Of a stretch of 64,000 nt of DNA, positions 9,230-18,793 are shown one piece after another (positions within the stretch are counted from its first letter, which is position 1; every line of letters begins with the position of its first letter). Where the stretch lies: contig OY761614.1 in the NCBI GenBank assembly GCA_963664825.1, positions 1,344,001 to 1,408,000 on the forward strand. Direction: 5' to 3'. This DNA comes from an uncultured Holophaga sp. (GTDB lineage: Bacteria > Acidobacteriota > Holophagae > Holophagales > Holophagaceae). Position numbers and translations under genes: made by a program. The notes beneath the pieces were generated by a model that worked only from the letters and a program-made list of their open reading frames with translations, searched no databases and had not been told where the DNA came from.

Positions 9230-10874
9230 AGGTCACCTTGTTGATCTCGGCGAAGGTCGTGACGCCCTGCCGCACCTTCTCCAGGGCGCTCTCCCGCAGG
9301 GTCTGCATGCCCAGGCGCCGGGCGACGGCCTTGATATCCCGGGCGGAGGCCCGCTTGATGATCAGCTCCCGCAGCTCGTCGTCCATGCCCATGAATTCGA
9401 TGATGGCCTGCCGACCCCGGAAGCCCGTGCCATTGCAGTCCACGCAACCCACCTTCTCGAACACGGTGGCCCTGGCGGCCCAGGCCGCGTCCACGCCGTT
9501 GTCCTTCAGCTCCTGGGCGCTGGGGGTCGGCACCGGGCGCTTGCACTTGGTGCAGAGGCTGCGCACCAGGCGCTGGGCCAGGATGCAGTTGAGGGCGCTG
9601 ACGAAGTTGTAGACCTCCACCCCCATGTGCTGGAAGCGGCTGATGACGTCCAGGGTGTTATTGGCGTGGACGGTGGTGAAGACGAGATGGCCCGTGAGGG
9701 CCGACTGGATAGCGATCTGGGCGGTCTCATTATCGCGGATTTCCCCCACCAGGATCTTGTCGGGATCGTGGCGCAAAATGCTTCTCAGCCCCACGGCGAA
9801 GGTGAGGCCCTTCTTCTCGTTGACCGGGATCTGGGTGACGCCCTCGAGCTGGTACTCGACGGGGTCCTCGATGGTGATGAGCTTGTCCTCAGAGCTGCGG
9901 ATCTCCGTGAGCACGGCGTAGAGCGTTGTCGTCTTGCCCGATCCCGTGGGGCCCGTCACCAGGAACATGCCGTAGGGCTCCCGGGCGTAGCGCCGGATGC
10001 GGGCCAGCTCCTCAGGGGAGAACCCCAGGATCTCCAGGCTCAGGGTCTTGAACTCCTCGGAGAGGTTCTCCTTATCCAGGATGCGGATGACGGCATCCTC
10101 GCCATGGATGGTGGGCATGATGGAAACGCGGAAATCGATGGCCCGGCCCCGGACTTTCAGCTTGAAGCGCCCGTCCTGGGGCTTGCGCTTCTCGGCGATA
10201 TCGAGCTCGGACATGACCTTGATGCGGCTGATGATGGGCGAGGCGAAGCGCTTGTCGATGGGCTCGGCGGCGGCGTAGAGGCTGCCATCGATGCGGAACT
10301 TGATCTGGAAGCCCCCGGCGGTGGTCTCCATGTGGATATCCGAGGCCCGGCGCTGAAGGGCGTTGAAAATGGTGGTATCCACCAGCCGGATGATGGGCGC
10401 CTCGTCCTTGTCGGTGATGCGCGCCAGATCCAGCACCTCATCGTCCAGGTCCTCTTCCCGAAGCACCTGGACCTTGAGGGCCTCTCCCGCCTCGTCCAGC
10501 ACCTTCTGGCCCGATTCGGAACGCTTGAGCACTTCCTGGATCTGGGCCTGGCGAGCCCCGGCGAAGCGCAGGGGGCGCTTGAGCTGCATCCGCAGCAGAT
10601 CCTGGGTGACCACGTCCAGGGGATCGGCCATGGCCACCCAGAGGACGCCCTCCTTCTCATGCACCGGCACGAAATGGTGGTTGAGCATGAGATCCAGGGG
10701 AATGGCCTGGAAGAGCGCGAAATCCACCGGCTCCTTGGTGAGATCCAGGGTCGGGTAGAGCTGGGGCGGCCGGTAGTCGGTCTTGGAGAGTTCGCCGGGA
10801 TCCAGCACCTGTGTGAGATCGCCCGGCACGGTGGGCTTTTCGGGTTCGGTGGGGGGCGTGTTGGGGGAGGCCAT
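9213..10874 (-). CDS. GspE/PilB-family secretion/pilus assembly ATPase
   Basis: ASDIH, LDIAEKRKPQDG, GPTGSGKTTTLY, TIEDPVE, LRHDPD..VGEIRD, TGHLVFTTVH, CTKC/CVDC zinc motif. Confidence 0.95.
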   Translation of the reverse strand: MASPNTPPTEPEKPTVPGDLTQVLDPGELSKTDYRPPQLYPTLDLTKEPVDFALFQAIPLDLMLNHHFVPVHEKEGVLWVAMADPLDVVTQDLLRMQLKRPLRFAGARQAQIQEVLKRSESGQKVLDEAGEALKVQVLREEDLDDEVLDLARITDKDEAPIIRLVDTTIFNALQRRASDIHMETTAGGFQIKFRIDGSLYAAAEPIDKRFASPIISRIKVMSELDIAEKRKPQDGRFKLKVRGRAIDFRVSIMPTIHGEDAVIRILDKENLSEEFKTLSLEILGFSPEELARIRRYAREPYGMFLVTGPTGSGKTTTLYAVLTEIRSSEDKLITIEDPVEYQLEGVTQIPVNEKKGLTFAVGLRSILRHDPDKILVGEIRDNETAQIAIQSALTGHLVFTTVHANNTLDVISRFQHMGVEVYNFVSALNCILAQRLVRSLCTKCKRPVPTPSAQELKDNGVDAAWAARATVFEKVGCVDCNGTGFRGRQAIIEFMGMDDELRELIIKRASARDIKAVARRLGMQTLRESALEKVRQGVTTFAEINKVTFREGA

Positions 10875-11005
10875 GGCTAATAGTAATGCGTCTTTGAACC
10901 CGAAGGATCCAGAGCCAAGAGGGACCCTCCCTTCGGAATCCACCGTTGACCCCGTGCACCCCCAACGCCCACAATGAAATACCCTAGCGACAGCCCGGAG
11001 GTTCC

Positions 11006-11359
11006 ATGCGTGGGTACGCACCCATCCTGCTCCTGATCCTTGTGGCCGTAGCACTGCCAGTCATCATCTGCAATTTGTCCTGGCTGCTCCGACCCCACTG
11101 GCCCACAGCGGCCAAATATTCAACTTATGAATGCGGTATCACCGCCGTCACCGAGGCCCGGGAGCAGTTCTCGGTGCGGTACTACCTCGTGGCCGTCATG
11201 TTCCTCATCTTCGATGTGGAGACCGTGTTCCTCATGCCCTGGGCCATCCAGATGAAGGAACTGGCCACCTTCGGATTGATCGAGATCGGCATCTTCCTGT
11301 TCCTGCTGCTCTTCGGATACGGCTACATCTGGTCCAAGGGAGCCCTCACATGGGAGTGA
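11006..11359 (+). CDS. nuoA: NADH-quinone oxidoreductase subunit A
   Basis: YECG, FLIFDVE, KGALTWE. Confidence 0.96.
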   Translation: MRGYAPILLLILVAVALPVIICNLSWLLRPHWPTAAKYSTYECGITAVTEAREQFSVRYYLVAVMFLIFDVETVFLMPWAIQMKELATFGLIEIGIFLFLLLFGYGYIWSKGALTWE

Positions 11360-11393
11360 GTCTGATGCAGGAACGGACCCCAGGAGGTGTCGC

Positions 11394-11926
<533 letters not shown>

Positions 11927-11927
<1 letters not shown>

Positions 11928-12787
11928 TGGCGGACGCCAATATCCCCGAGAGCGCCCAGGGTCCCTACGTCTACGACTACAAGACCGCCCCGAACCGCCA
12001 GATCATCCTGCCCCAGACGGTGCCCCTGCCGGGGTTCAAGGCCTACGCCGCCGAGCAGGAGGCCGAGACCCAGGCTGTTGAAGCCAAGTGGCAGAAGCAG
12101 CTCGCGGATTTCGAGGCCGCCAAGCTCCAGGCCGAAGCCGCAGGCAAGGAAGCCCCCAAGGCTCCCCTGAAGGCCGCGCCCAAGCAGGGCGATGGCGACC
12201 TGAAGTTCCCGGCGCCCACCGAGGCTGCCGATCCCGATCTGCTGCGCCTTATGGAACTCCTGGGGGACCGGGTCGAGGAAGCCTTCGAACAGGGCCCCGA
12301 ACACACCTGCCAAGTCGGCAAGGACCACATCCTGGAGGCCCTGCGGCTCTGCCGGGAGGATGCCGCCCTGAAGTTCGAGATGCTGGCCGACGAAACGGCC
12401 ACCCACTATCCCGCGGCCGAGGGCTTCGCCTTCAGCGTGGTCTATCACCTGACGAGCATCTGCCGCCGCAAGCGCCTGCGCCTGCGCATCCTGGTGCCCG
12501 AAGGCTTCGAACCCGAGAGCGCCACCCAGGTCTACCCTTCGGCCAACTGGATGGAGCGCGAGATCTGGGATATGCAGGGCATCCGCTTCGCGCACCACCC
12601 GGACATGACCCGCATCCTCTGTTCCGAGGACTGGGAGGGCCACGCCCTGCGCAAGGATTATCCGGTGGTGGGCTGGGGCCAGCGCGATATCGATTTCCGC
12701 GAGGACCGCAGCGGCATGCTCAACCGCATCGCCCTGGAAAAGGCCGGCCAGCTCGGCATCAACCTCAAGCGCCCCACGGCGGAGTGA
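11927..12787 (+). CDS. nuoC: NADH-quinone oxidoreductase subunit C with long N-terminal extension
   Basis: ANWMEREIWDMQGIRF.HHPDMTRIL...GHALRKDYP; TGATG overlap with nuoB. Confidence 0.93.
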
Positions 12788-12790
12788 CCG

Positions 12791-13891
12791 ATGTTCAAGA
12801 ACGAGGAGATGGAAATCAACCTGGGCCCGCAGCACCCGTCCACCCATGGCGTGCTCCGGGTCAAGGTGCGGCTCGAGGGCGAGACGGTCAAGTACTGCCG
12901 TCCCATGATCGGCTACCTGCATCGGGGCGTGGAGAAGATCTGCGAGAACAAGACCTTCTTCCAGGGCCAGGTCTGGACCGATCGCATGGACTACACCTCC
13001 GCCATCGCCAATAACCTGGGCTGGGCGGAAGCCAACGAGAAGCTCTTCGGCATCACCGTTCCCCGCCGGGCCCAGTACATCCGCACGCTGCTGGCCGAGT
13101 GCAACCGCATTTCGAGCCACCTGATCTGGCTGGGCACCCACGCCATGGATATCGGCGCGCTGACGGTCTTCCTCTACGCCTTCCGGGAACGCGAAGACAT
13201 CCTCGATATGTTCGAGGCCTACTGCGGCAGCCGCCTCACCACCACGGCCCTCCGCATCGGCGGCCTCCCGGCGGACCTGCCTGCGGGCTTCGAAGCCAAG
13301 GTCCGGAAGTTCCTGGCCAAGTTCCCGGCCTGCCTCGATGAGTACGAAGGCCTCCTCACGGAGAACCGCATCTGGAAGAAGCGCACCCTCGGCGTGGCCA
13401 AGCTCAATGCCGAGGACGCCATCGCCCTGGGCGTGACCGGGCCCCTGCTCCGCGCCGCGGGCGTGCCCTACGATATCCGCAAGGCCTTCCCCTACGCGGC
13501 CTACGCCGAGATGGATTTCGAGATCCCCACCCGCACCGAGGCCGATACCTACGCCCGTTACATGGTGCGCCTGGCGGAGATGCGCCAGAGCGCCCGCATC
13601 ATCCAGCAGTGCCTGGACGGCCTGCCCGAGGGCCCCATCATGGCCAAGATCCCCAAGATCCTGCGCTCCGAGGTCAACGAGGTCTACCACCCCACCGAGG
13701 CCCCCAAGGGCGAGATCGGCTACTACCTGGTGGGGGAGAAGGGTTCCACGACCCCCTACCGCTTCCACGTCCGAGCTCCGGGCTTCGTCAATCTCCAGTC
13801 CCTGCCCAAGATGGCCGAGGGTGGCCTGATCGCCGATATCATCGCGGCCATCGGCACCCTGGACGTGGTGCTCGGCGAGATCGATCGCTGA
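12791..13891 (+). CDS. nuoD: NADH-quinone oxidoreductase subunit D
   Basis: NLGPQHPSTHGVLR, GYLHRGVEK, DVVLGEIDR; no NiFe CxxC motifs. Confidence 0.97.
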   Translation: MFKNEEMEINLGPQHPSTHGVLRVKVRLEGETVKYCRPMIGYLHRGVEKICENKTFFQGQVWTDRMDYTSAIANNLGWAEANEKLFGITVPRRAQYIRTLLAECNRISSHLIWLGTHAMDIGALTVFLYAFREREDILDMFEAYCGSRLTTTALRIGGLPADLPAGFEAKVRKFLAKFPACLDEYEGLLTENRIWKKRTLGVAKLNAEDAIALGVTGPLLRAAGVPYDIRKAFPYAAYAEMDFEIPTRTEADTYARYMVRLAEMRQSARIIQQCLDGLPEGPIMAKIPKILRSEVNEVYHPTEAPKGEIGYYLVGEKGSTTPYRFHVRAPGFVNLQSLPKMAEGGLIADIIAAIGTLDVVLGEIDR

Positions 13892-13905
13892 AGAGGAACT
13901 GATTC

Positions 13906-15060
13906 ATGCCCACACCGACCCTGACACAGTCCCTCCTGATCGCCCTCATCCAGGCCATCCTGGTGGTGATCTTCATCTTCGTGGTGGTGCCCCTCACCAT
14001 CTTCGCCGAGCGCAAGGTGCTCGGCCATATCCAGGATCGCCTGGGCTCCACCCGCATCGCCGGCCATCTCACGGGCCTGACGGGTTGGATGAACCGCGGC
14101 ATGTGGAAGATGGGCAAGGTGCCCGTGCTCTCCTACTGGCGCGGGCTGCCTGGCCTGGTGGGCGATATCCTCAAGATGCTCCTCAAGGAAGACATCCTCC
14201 CGACGAAATCCGACAAGTTCGTGTTCTGGATCGCACCGGCCCTGAGCTTCGTGGCTTCCGTTGTCGTCTTTGCCGCCATCAGCTTCGTGCCCGGAACCTT
14301 CTTCACCCTGCCGTCCTGGGTGCCCCTCATCGGCGGCCTGCCGGTGACCGGCGCCATCGCCGATATCAACGTGGGCCTGCTCTGGATCCTGGGAGTGGCC
14401 ACCGTCGGCGTCTACGGCATCGTGCTGGCGGGCTGGGCCTCCAATTCCAAATACCCCCTCCTGGGAGGCCTGCGCAGCGGCGCCCAGATCGTGAGCTACG
14501 AAGTGCCCTTGGCCCTCAGTCTCCTGGCGCCGGTGCTGATGTCGGGCAGCCTCCAGTTCAGCGAACTCTCCCGAAGCATGGCGGTGGGCCAGCCCTTCTG
14601 GGCGGTGGTGCCCCAGTTCCTGGGCTTCTTCCTGTACCTCACATGCGGCTTCGCGGAGACGAACCGCCTGCCCTTCGATATGCCCGAGGCCGAAAATGAA
14701 CTGGTGGCGGGCTTCCACACCGAATATTCCGGCATGAAGTTCGGATTCTTCTACCTGGCAGAATACATCAACATGACCGTGGTGGCCGCGCTGGCCTCGG
14801 CCTTCTTCCTGGGGGGGCCCTGGCTCCTGCCCTTCGGCCTCCAGGGCGTCCTGATCCCCTCGACTCTGCCCTTCATCGGCCAACCTCACGCCATCTTTTT
14901 CGTCGCGAAGATCGTATTCCTCCTCTTCACCTACATCTGGGTCCGCGGCACGATTCCCCGCTACCGCTACGACCAGATCATGGCGGTGGCCTGGAAATAC
15001 CTGATCCCGGTGGCCCTCGTCAACCTGCTCCTGGCGGCAGCCGTCCGCTACTGCGCCTAG
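13906..15060 (+). CDS. nuoH: NADH-quinone oxidoreductase subunit H
   Basis: ERKVLGHIQDR, AETNRLPFDMPEAENELVAG, PRYRYDQ. Confidence 0.96.
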   Translation: MPTPTLTQSLLIALIQAILVVIFIFVVVPLTIFAERKVLGHIQDRLGSTRIAGHLTGLTGWMNRGMWKMGKVPVLSYWRGLPGLVGDILKMLLKEDILPTKSDKFVFWIAPALSFVASVVVFAAISFVPGTFFTLPSWVPLIGGLPVTGAIADINVGLLWILGVATVGVYGIVLAGWASNSKYPLLGGLRSGAQIVSYEVPLALSLLAPVLMSGSLQFSELSRSMAVGQPFWAVVPQFLGFFLYLTCGFAETNRLPFDMPEAENELVAGFHTEYSGMKFGFFYLAEYINMTVVAALASAFFLGGPWLLPFGLQGVLIPSTLPFIGQPHAIFFVAKIVFLLFTYIWVRGTIPRYRYDQIMAVAWKYLIPVALVNLLLAAAVRYCA

Positions 15061-15069
15061 GGGGGAAGC

Positions 15070-15579
15070 ATGAACAAGTTCCTGAAGACACTCATCCCCT
15101 TCGATATTGCCAAGGGCCTGAAGACCACCGGCACGCACTTCGCGAAGGTCTTCTTCACGGCCAATCGCCGGAAGGTGCCCTTCCACGTGGTTTCCGAGTA
15201 CCCGGAGGTGCCCGCCAAGGTGGAGCCCCGCTTCCGCGGGCGCCTCCAGTTGCTGAGGGACGAGGCCGGCGAGGTCAAGTGCGTGTGCTGCATGTCCTGC
15301 GTGAAGATCTGCCCCACCCAGGTGATCACCATCGAGGCCACCAAGAAGGAGGGCCGCAAGGCCAAGCTGCCCGCGCGCTACGACTTCGAGATGGAACGCT
15401 GCATCTTCTGCGGTTTCTGCGTGGAGAGCTGCCCCTTCGACGCCATCATCCTCAACGATCAATTCGAACTGGCCGTCTACGACCGCGAGGAACTGGCCCT
15501 GGGTGTGGACGGGCAGTACCAGAACATGTTCAGCCCCTCCCCGGTGGCCAAGTTCTCCGTTGCAGAACCAGAGGATTGA
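15070..15579 (+). CDS. nuoI: NADH-quinone oxidoreductase subunit I
   Basis: Two CxxCxxCxxxCP 4Fe-4S motifs; YPE...PRFRG. Confidence 0.95.
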   Translation: MNKFLKTLIPFDIAKGLKTTGTHFAKVFFTANRRKVPFHVVSEYPEVPAKVEPRFRGRLQLLRDEAGEVKCVCCMSCVKICPTQVITIEATKKEGRKAKLPARYDFEMERCIFCGFCVESCPFDAIILNDQFELAVYDREELALGVDGQYQNMFSPSPVAKFSVAEPED

Positions 15580-15589
15580 GGGAAAAACC

Positions 15590-16138
15590 ATGGAACAACT
15601 GCTCTCAAAGCTCGGACAGAACCTCTTCCTGATCTTCGGCCTCATCGCCCTGGTGGGCGCGGGGATCATGATCTTTGCCAAGAACGCCATTCATAGCGTC
15701 ATGGGCTTCCTGCTGGCCATGCTGGCCGTCTCCGGTTGCTACCTCAGCTTCGGCGCCGAATTCCTGGGCGTGGCCCAGCTGCTCGTCTACGCCGGAGGCA
15801 TCGTGGTGCTCTTCCTCTTCGTGGTGATGCTGGTGGAAATGAGCAAGGCCAAGGAGAAGGGAGTCTTCCAACGCCAGACTCCCTTTGCCCTTGTCCTGGT
15901 GCTGGCCGGTGCCGTGGCCTTCGTGGGCGTCTTCTGGAGGACCCTCTTCGGACCCAGTGCGCCGGTATCGCTCACCCTTTCACCGGGACTGGTGGAACAG
16001 GGAGAAAAGCTCGGCAATGCCCAGTTGGTGAGCCGCGGCCTCTTTGCGGAGAATCTCCTGCCCTTCGAGATCCTCTCGGTGATCCTCCTGGTGGCCCTGG
16101 TGGGCGCCGTGGTCTTGGCTAAAACGGAGCGTGTGTGA
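15590..16138 (+). CDS. nuoJ: NADH-quinone oxidoreductase subunit J
   Basis: AEFLGVAQLLVYAGGIVVLFLFVVML, LPFEILSVILLVALVGA. Confidence 0.95.
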   Translation: MEQLLSKLGQNLFLIFGLIALVGAGIMIFAKNAIHSVMGFLLAMLAVSGCYLSFGAEFLGVAQLLVYAGGIVVLFLFVVMLVEMSKAKEKGVFQRQTPFALVLVLAGAVAFVGVFWRTLFGPSAPVSLTLSPGLVEQGEKLGNAQLVSRGLFAENLLPFEILSVILLVALVGAVVLAKTERV

Positions 16139-16245
16139 TGCGAAACATCCGATCAGCCACGGGCTCGGATTTCGGACAGGCCTTGCATGTTGAAGTCTCG
16201 TGTATCCGCGCAGCGGATGCCGAGAGAACGGAGCGTGTGTGATGC
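16123..16245 (+). repeat. 85 bp insert between 19 bp perfect direct repeats of the nuoJ/nuoK junction; forms a 34 aa mini-ORF (16138..16242)
   Basis: aacggagcgtgtgtgatgc at 16123-16141 and 16227-16245; two internal hairpins. Confidence 0.85.
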
Positions 16246-16544
16246 CGGCGATGAACCAGGTTCTCCTCATCTCCTTCCTGCTCTTCTCGGTGGGTGTCGC
16301 CGGTGTGCTCATCCGGCGCAACGCGCTGATCATCCTCATGTGCGCCGAGCTCATGCTCAACGCCGCCAACATCAACCTCATCGCCTTCGCCCGTCACAGC
16401 GGCACCGTCGCCGGACAGGCCTTCGCGCTGATGGTGATGGGGCTGGCCGCGGCGGAAGTGGCCATCGGACTTGCCATCGTGGTCGCCCTCTACCGCAGGA
16501 AGAACACCATCGCCGTCGACGAGATCAATCTACTAAAGGGCTGA
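16242..16544 (+). CDS. nuoK: NADH-quinone oxidoreductase subunit K
   Basis: RRNALIILMCAELMLNA, AAAEVAIGLAI. Confidence 0.95.
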   Translation: MPAMNQVLLISFLLFSVGVAGVLIRRNALIILMCAELMLNAANINLIAFARHSGTVAGQAFALMVMGLAAAEVAIGLAIVVALYRRKNTIAVDEINLLKG

Positions 16545-16548
16545 AACA

Positions 16549-18753
16549 ATGCTAATGGAACCCGCAGCCAGCGCAGCCCTCTCCACCCCGGTTCCCGCCT
16601 CGGTGCTCTGGCTGATCCCCTTCCTGCCCCTCTTCGGCGCCCTGCTCAATGGCGCCTACGGGCTCTTCTGCAAGTCCACGGGCCGCAAGGCCCCCAGCAC
16701 CAAGCTGGTGGATTTCATCGCCCTGGGCTCGGTGGGCGTGGCCTTCCTGCTATCGATCACCTACTTCGTCACCCTGCTGGGCCAGAGCCCGGCCAACCGC
16801 TCCATCACCCAGTCCGTGTGGACCTGGATCGATCTGGGCGGCGCCCGGGTGATGGATGGCCTGGCCCGCAATACCGTGGCCTGGGCCTACAAGTTCGATA
16901 CCCTCTCGGGCGCCATGGCGCTGCTGGTGACCGGGGTGGGCTTCCTGATCCACCTGTTCTCCACGGGCTACATGCAGGAGGAACGCCAGGACGGCCGGTA
17001 CTATCGTTTCATGGCCTACATGAACCTCTTCGTGTTCTCCATGCTGAATCTGGTGCTGGGCGCCAATATCCTCATGATGTTCCTGGGCTGGGAGGGGGTG
17101 GGCCTCTGCTCCTACCTGCTCATCGGCTTCTACTTCGATAAGGAATTCGCCGCCACCGCCGGGAAGAAGGCCTTCGTCACCAACCGCATCGGCGACTTCG
17201 GCTTCATGCTGGGTTTCTTCCTGCTCTTCCAGATCTTCGGCAGCGTGGACTTCGACACCCTCATGGGCATGACACGCGCTGTCATGGCGCGGCCCGAGCT
17301 CACCATCTTCGGCGTGACCCACGCACCCACCTGGTGGTTCAACCTGGCCGGCATCGCCCTCTTCCTGGGGGCCTGCGGCAAGAGCGCCCAGATCCCCCTC
17401 TATGTCTGGCTGCCGGACGCCATGGCGGGGCCCACCCCCGTGAGCGCCCTCATCCACGCCGCCACCATGGTGACCTCCGGCCTCTACATGATCTGCCGGA
17501 TGAATTTCGTTTATGCCAACGCGCCATTGGCCCTCTCCATCGTGCTCTTCATCGGCGCCCTCACGGCGCTGGTGGCCGCCAGCATGGGCCTGGCCCAATA
17601 CGACATCAAGAAGGTGCTGGCCTATTCCACCGTCTCCCAGTTGGGCTTCATGTTCATGGGCATGGGCGCCGGAGCCTACACGGCCGGCATGTTCCACGTC
17701 TTCACCCATGCGTTTTTCAAGGCCGCCCTCTTCCTCGGCGCGGGCTCCGTGATCGTGGCCTGCCATCACGAGCAGGACATGCGCAATCTCGGGGGCCTCC
17801 GGTCGAAGATGCCCTGGACCTACGCCTCCATGCTGATTGCGACCCTGGCCATCGCGGGCATCTTCCCCTTCTCGGGCTTTTTCTCCAAGGACGAGATCCT
17901 CTGGAAGGTCTTCGAGGGCTGGCAGACGGGTGGCCACACCCTGAGCCTGGTGGCCTGGATCATGGGCATGGTGGCCGCCTTCATGACAGCCTTCTACATG
18001 GTCCGCCTGATGGTGATGACCTTCGGCGGAGAATACCGCGGCGCAGGCCTGGACCCCCACGGCCACACCGTGCCCACTGAGGCCCATTCCCACGGCCATG
18101 GCCCCCAGGAAGTGGTCTGGAACATGTGGGTGCCCGTCTTCATCCTGGCGATCCTGGCCCTGGTGGGCGGTTTCCTGAACATCCCCCACAGCCTGCACTG
18201 GATCGGTTCTTCTCACTTCAGCCAATGGCTGGCCCCCCTGCTCTACCAGAAGGAGGCCCTCCACGCTAGCCACGAGGCGGCCCCGGCCATCGAATACGGC
18301 CTCATGGCCTGGACCACCCTCATCTGGGCCCCGGGCGCCATGCTGCTGGCCTACCTGTTCTACGGCCTGGATCCTACCTGGGCCCGTCCCCGCGCCTTCG
18401 TCAAGGGCTTCCCCGGCCTCTTCCGCTGGGTCCACAACAAGTATTTCGTCGACGAGTTCTTTGAAATGGCCTTCATCGGCCCCTGCAAGCAGCTGGGAGC
18501 CCAGCTCTGGGCCTTCGATACCTGGGCGGTGGATGGCATGGTGAATGGCGCCGCCCGCTTCACCCTCATCTGGGCCCGCCTCAGCTTCTGGTTCGATTCG
18601 CATATCGTCGATGGCCTAGTGAACCTGGTGGCCTATTTGATCCAGCAGCTCTCCGGTGGCTTCCGCAAGCTCCAGAGCGGCCGCGTGCAGAACTACGCCT
18701 TCGTGATGTTCCTGGGCTTTTTGATCTTCGCGTTCTGGAAGTTCCTGGCCTGA
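16549..18753 (+). CDS. nuoL: NADH-quinone oxidoreductase subunit L
   Basis: GWEGVGLCSYLLIGF, GKSAQIPLYVWLPDAMAGPTPVSALIHAATMV, QSGRVQNY. Confidence 0.97.
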   Translation: MLMEPAASAALSTPVPASVLWLIPFLPLFGALLNGAYGLFCKSTGRKAPSTKLVDFIALGSVGVAFLLSITYFVTLLGQSPANRSITQSVWTWIDLGGARVMDGLARNTVAWAYKFDTLSGAMALLVTGVGFLIHLFSTGYMQEERQDGRYYRFMAYMNLFVFSMLNLVLGANILMMFLGWEGVGLCSYLLIGFYFDKEFAATAGKKAFVTNRIGDFGFMLGFFLLFQIFGSVDFDTLMGMTRAVMARPELTIFGVTHAPTWWFNLAGIALFLGACGKSAQIPLYVWLPDAMAGPTPVSALIHAATMVTSGLYMICRMNFVYANAPLALSIVLFIGALTALVAASMGLAQYDIKKVLAYSTVSQLGFMFMGMGAGAYTAGMFHVFTHAFFKAALFLGAGSVIVACHHEQDMRNLGGLRSKMPWTYASMLIATLAIAGIFPFSGFFSKDEILWKVFEGWQTGGHTLSLVAWIMGMVAAFMTAFYMVRLMVMTFGGEYRGAGLDPHGHTVPTEAHSHGHGPQEVVWNMWVPVFILAILALVGGFLNIPHSLHWIGSSHFSQWLAPLLYQKEALHASHEAAPAIEYGLMAWTTLIWAPGAMLLAYLFYGLDPTWARPRAFVKGFPGLFRWVHNKYFVDEFFEMAFIGPCKQLGAQLWAFDTWAVDGMVNGAARFTLIWARLSFWFDSHIVDGLVNLVAYLIQQLSGGFRKLQSGRVQNYAFVMFLGFLIFAFWKFLA

Positions 18754-18793
18754 GCCTGCCATTCCTTTTGCATTGATGTCCGCTGGAGTTGAT

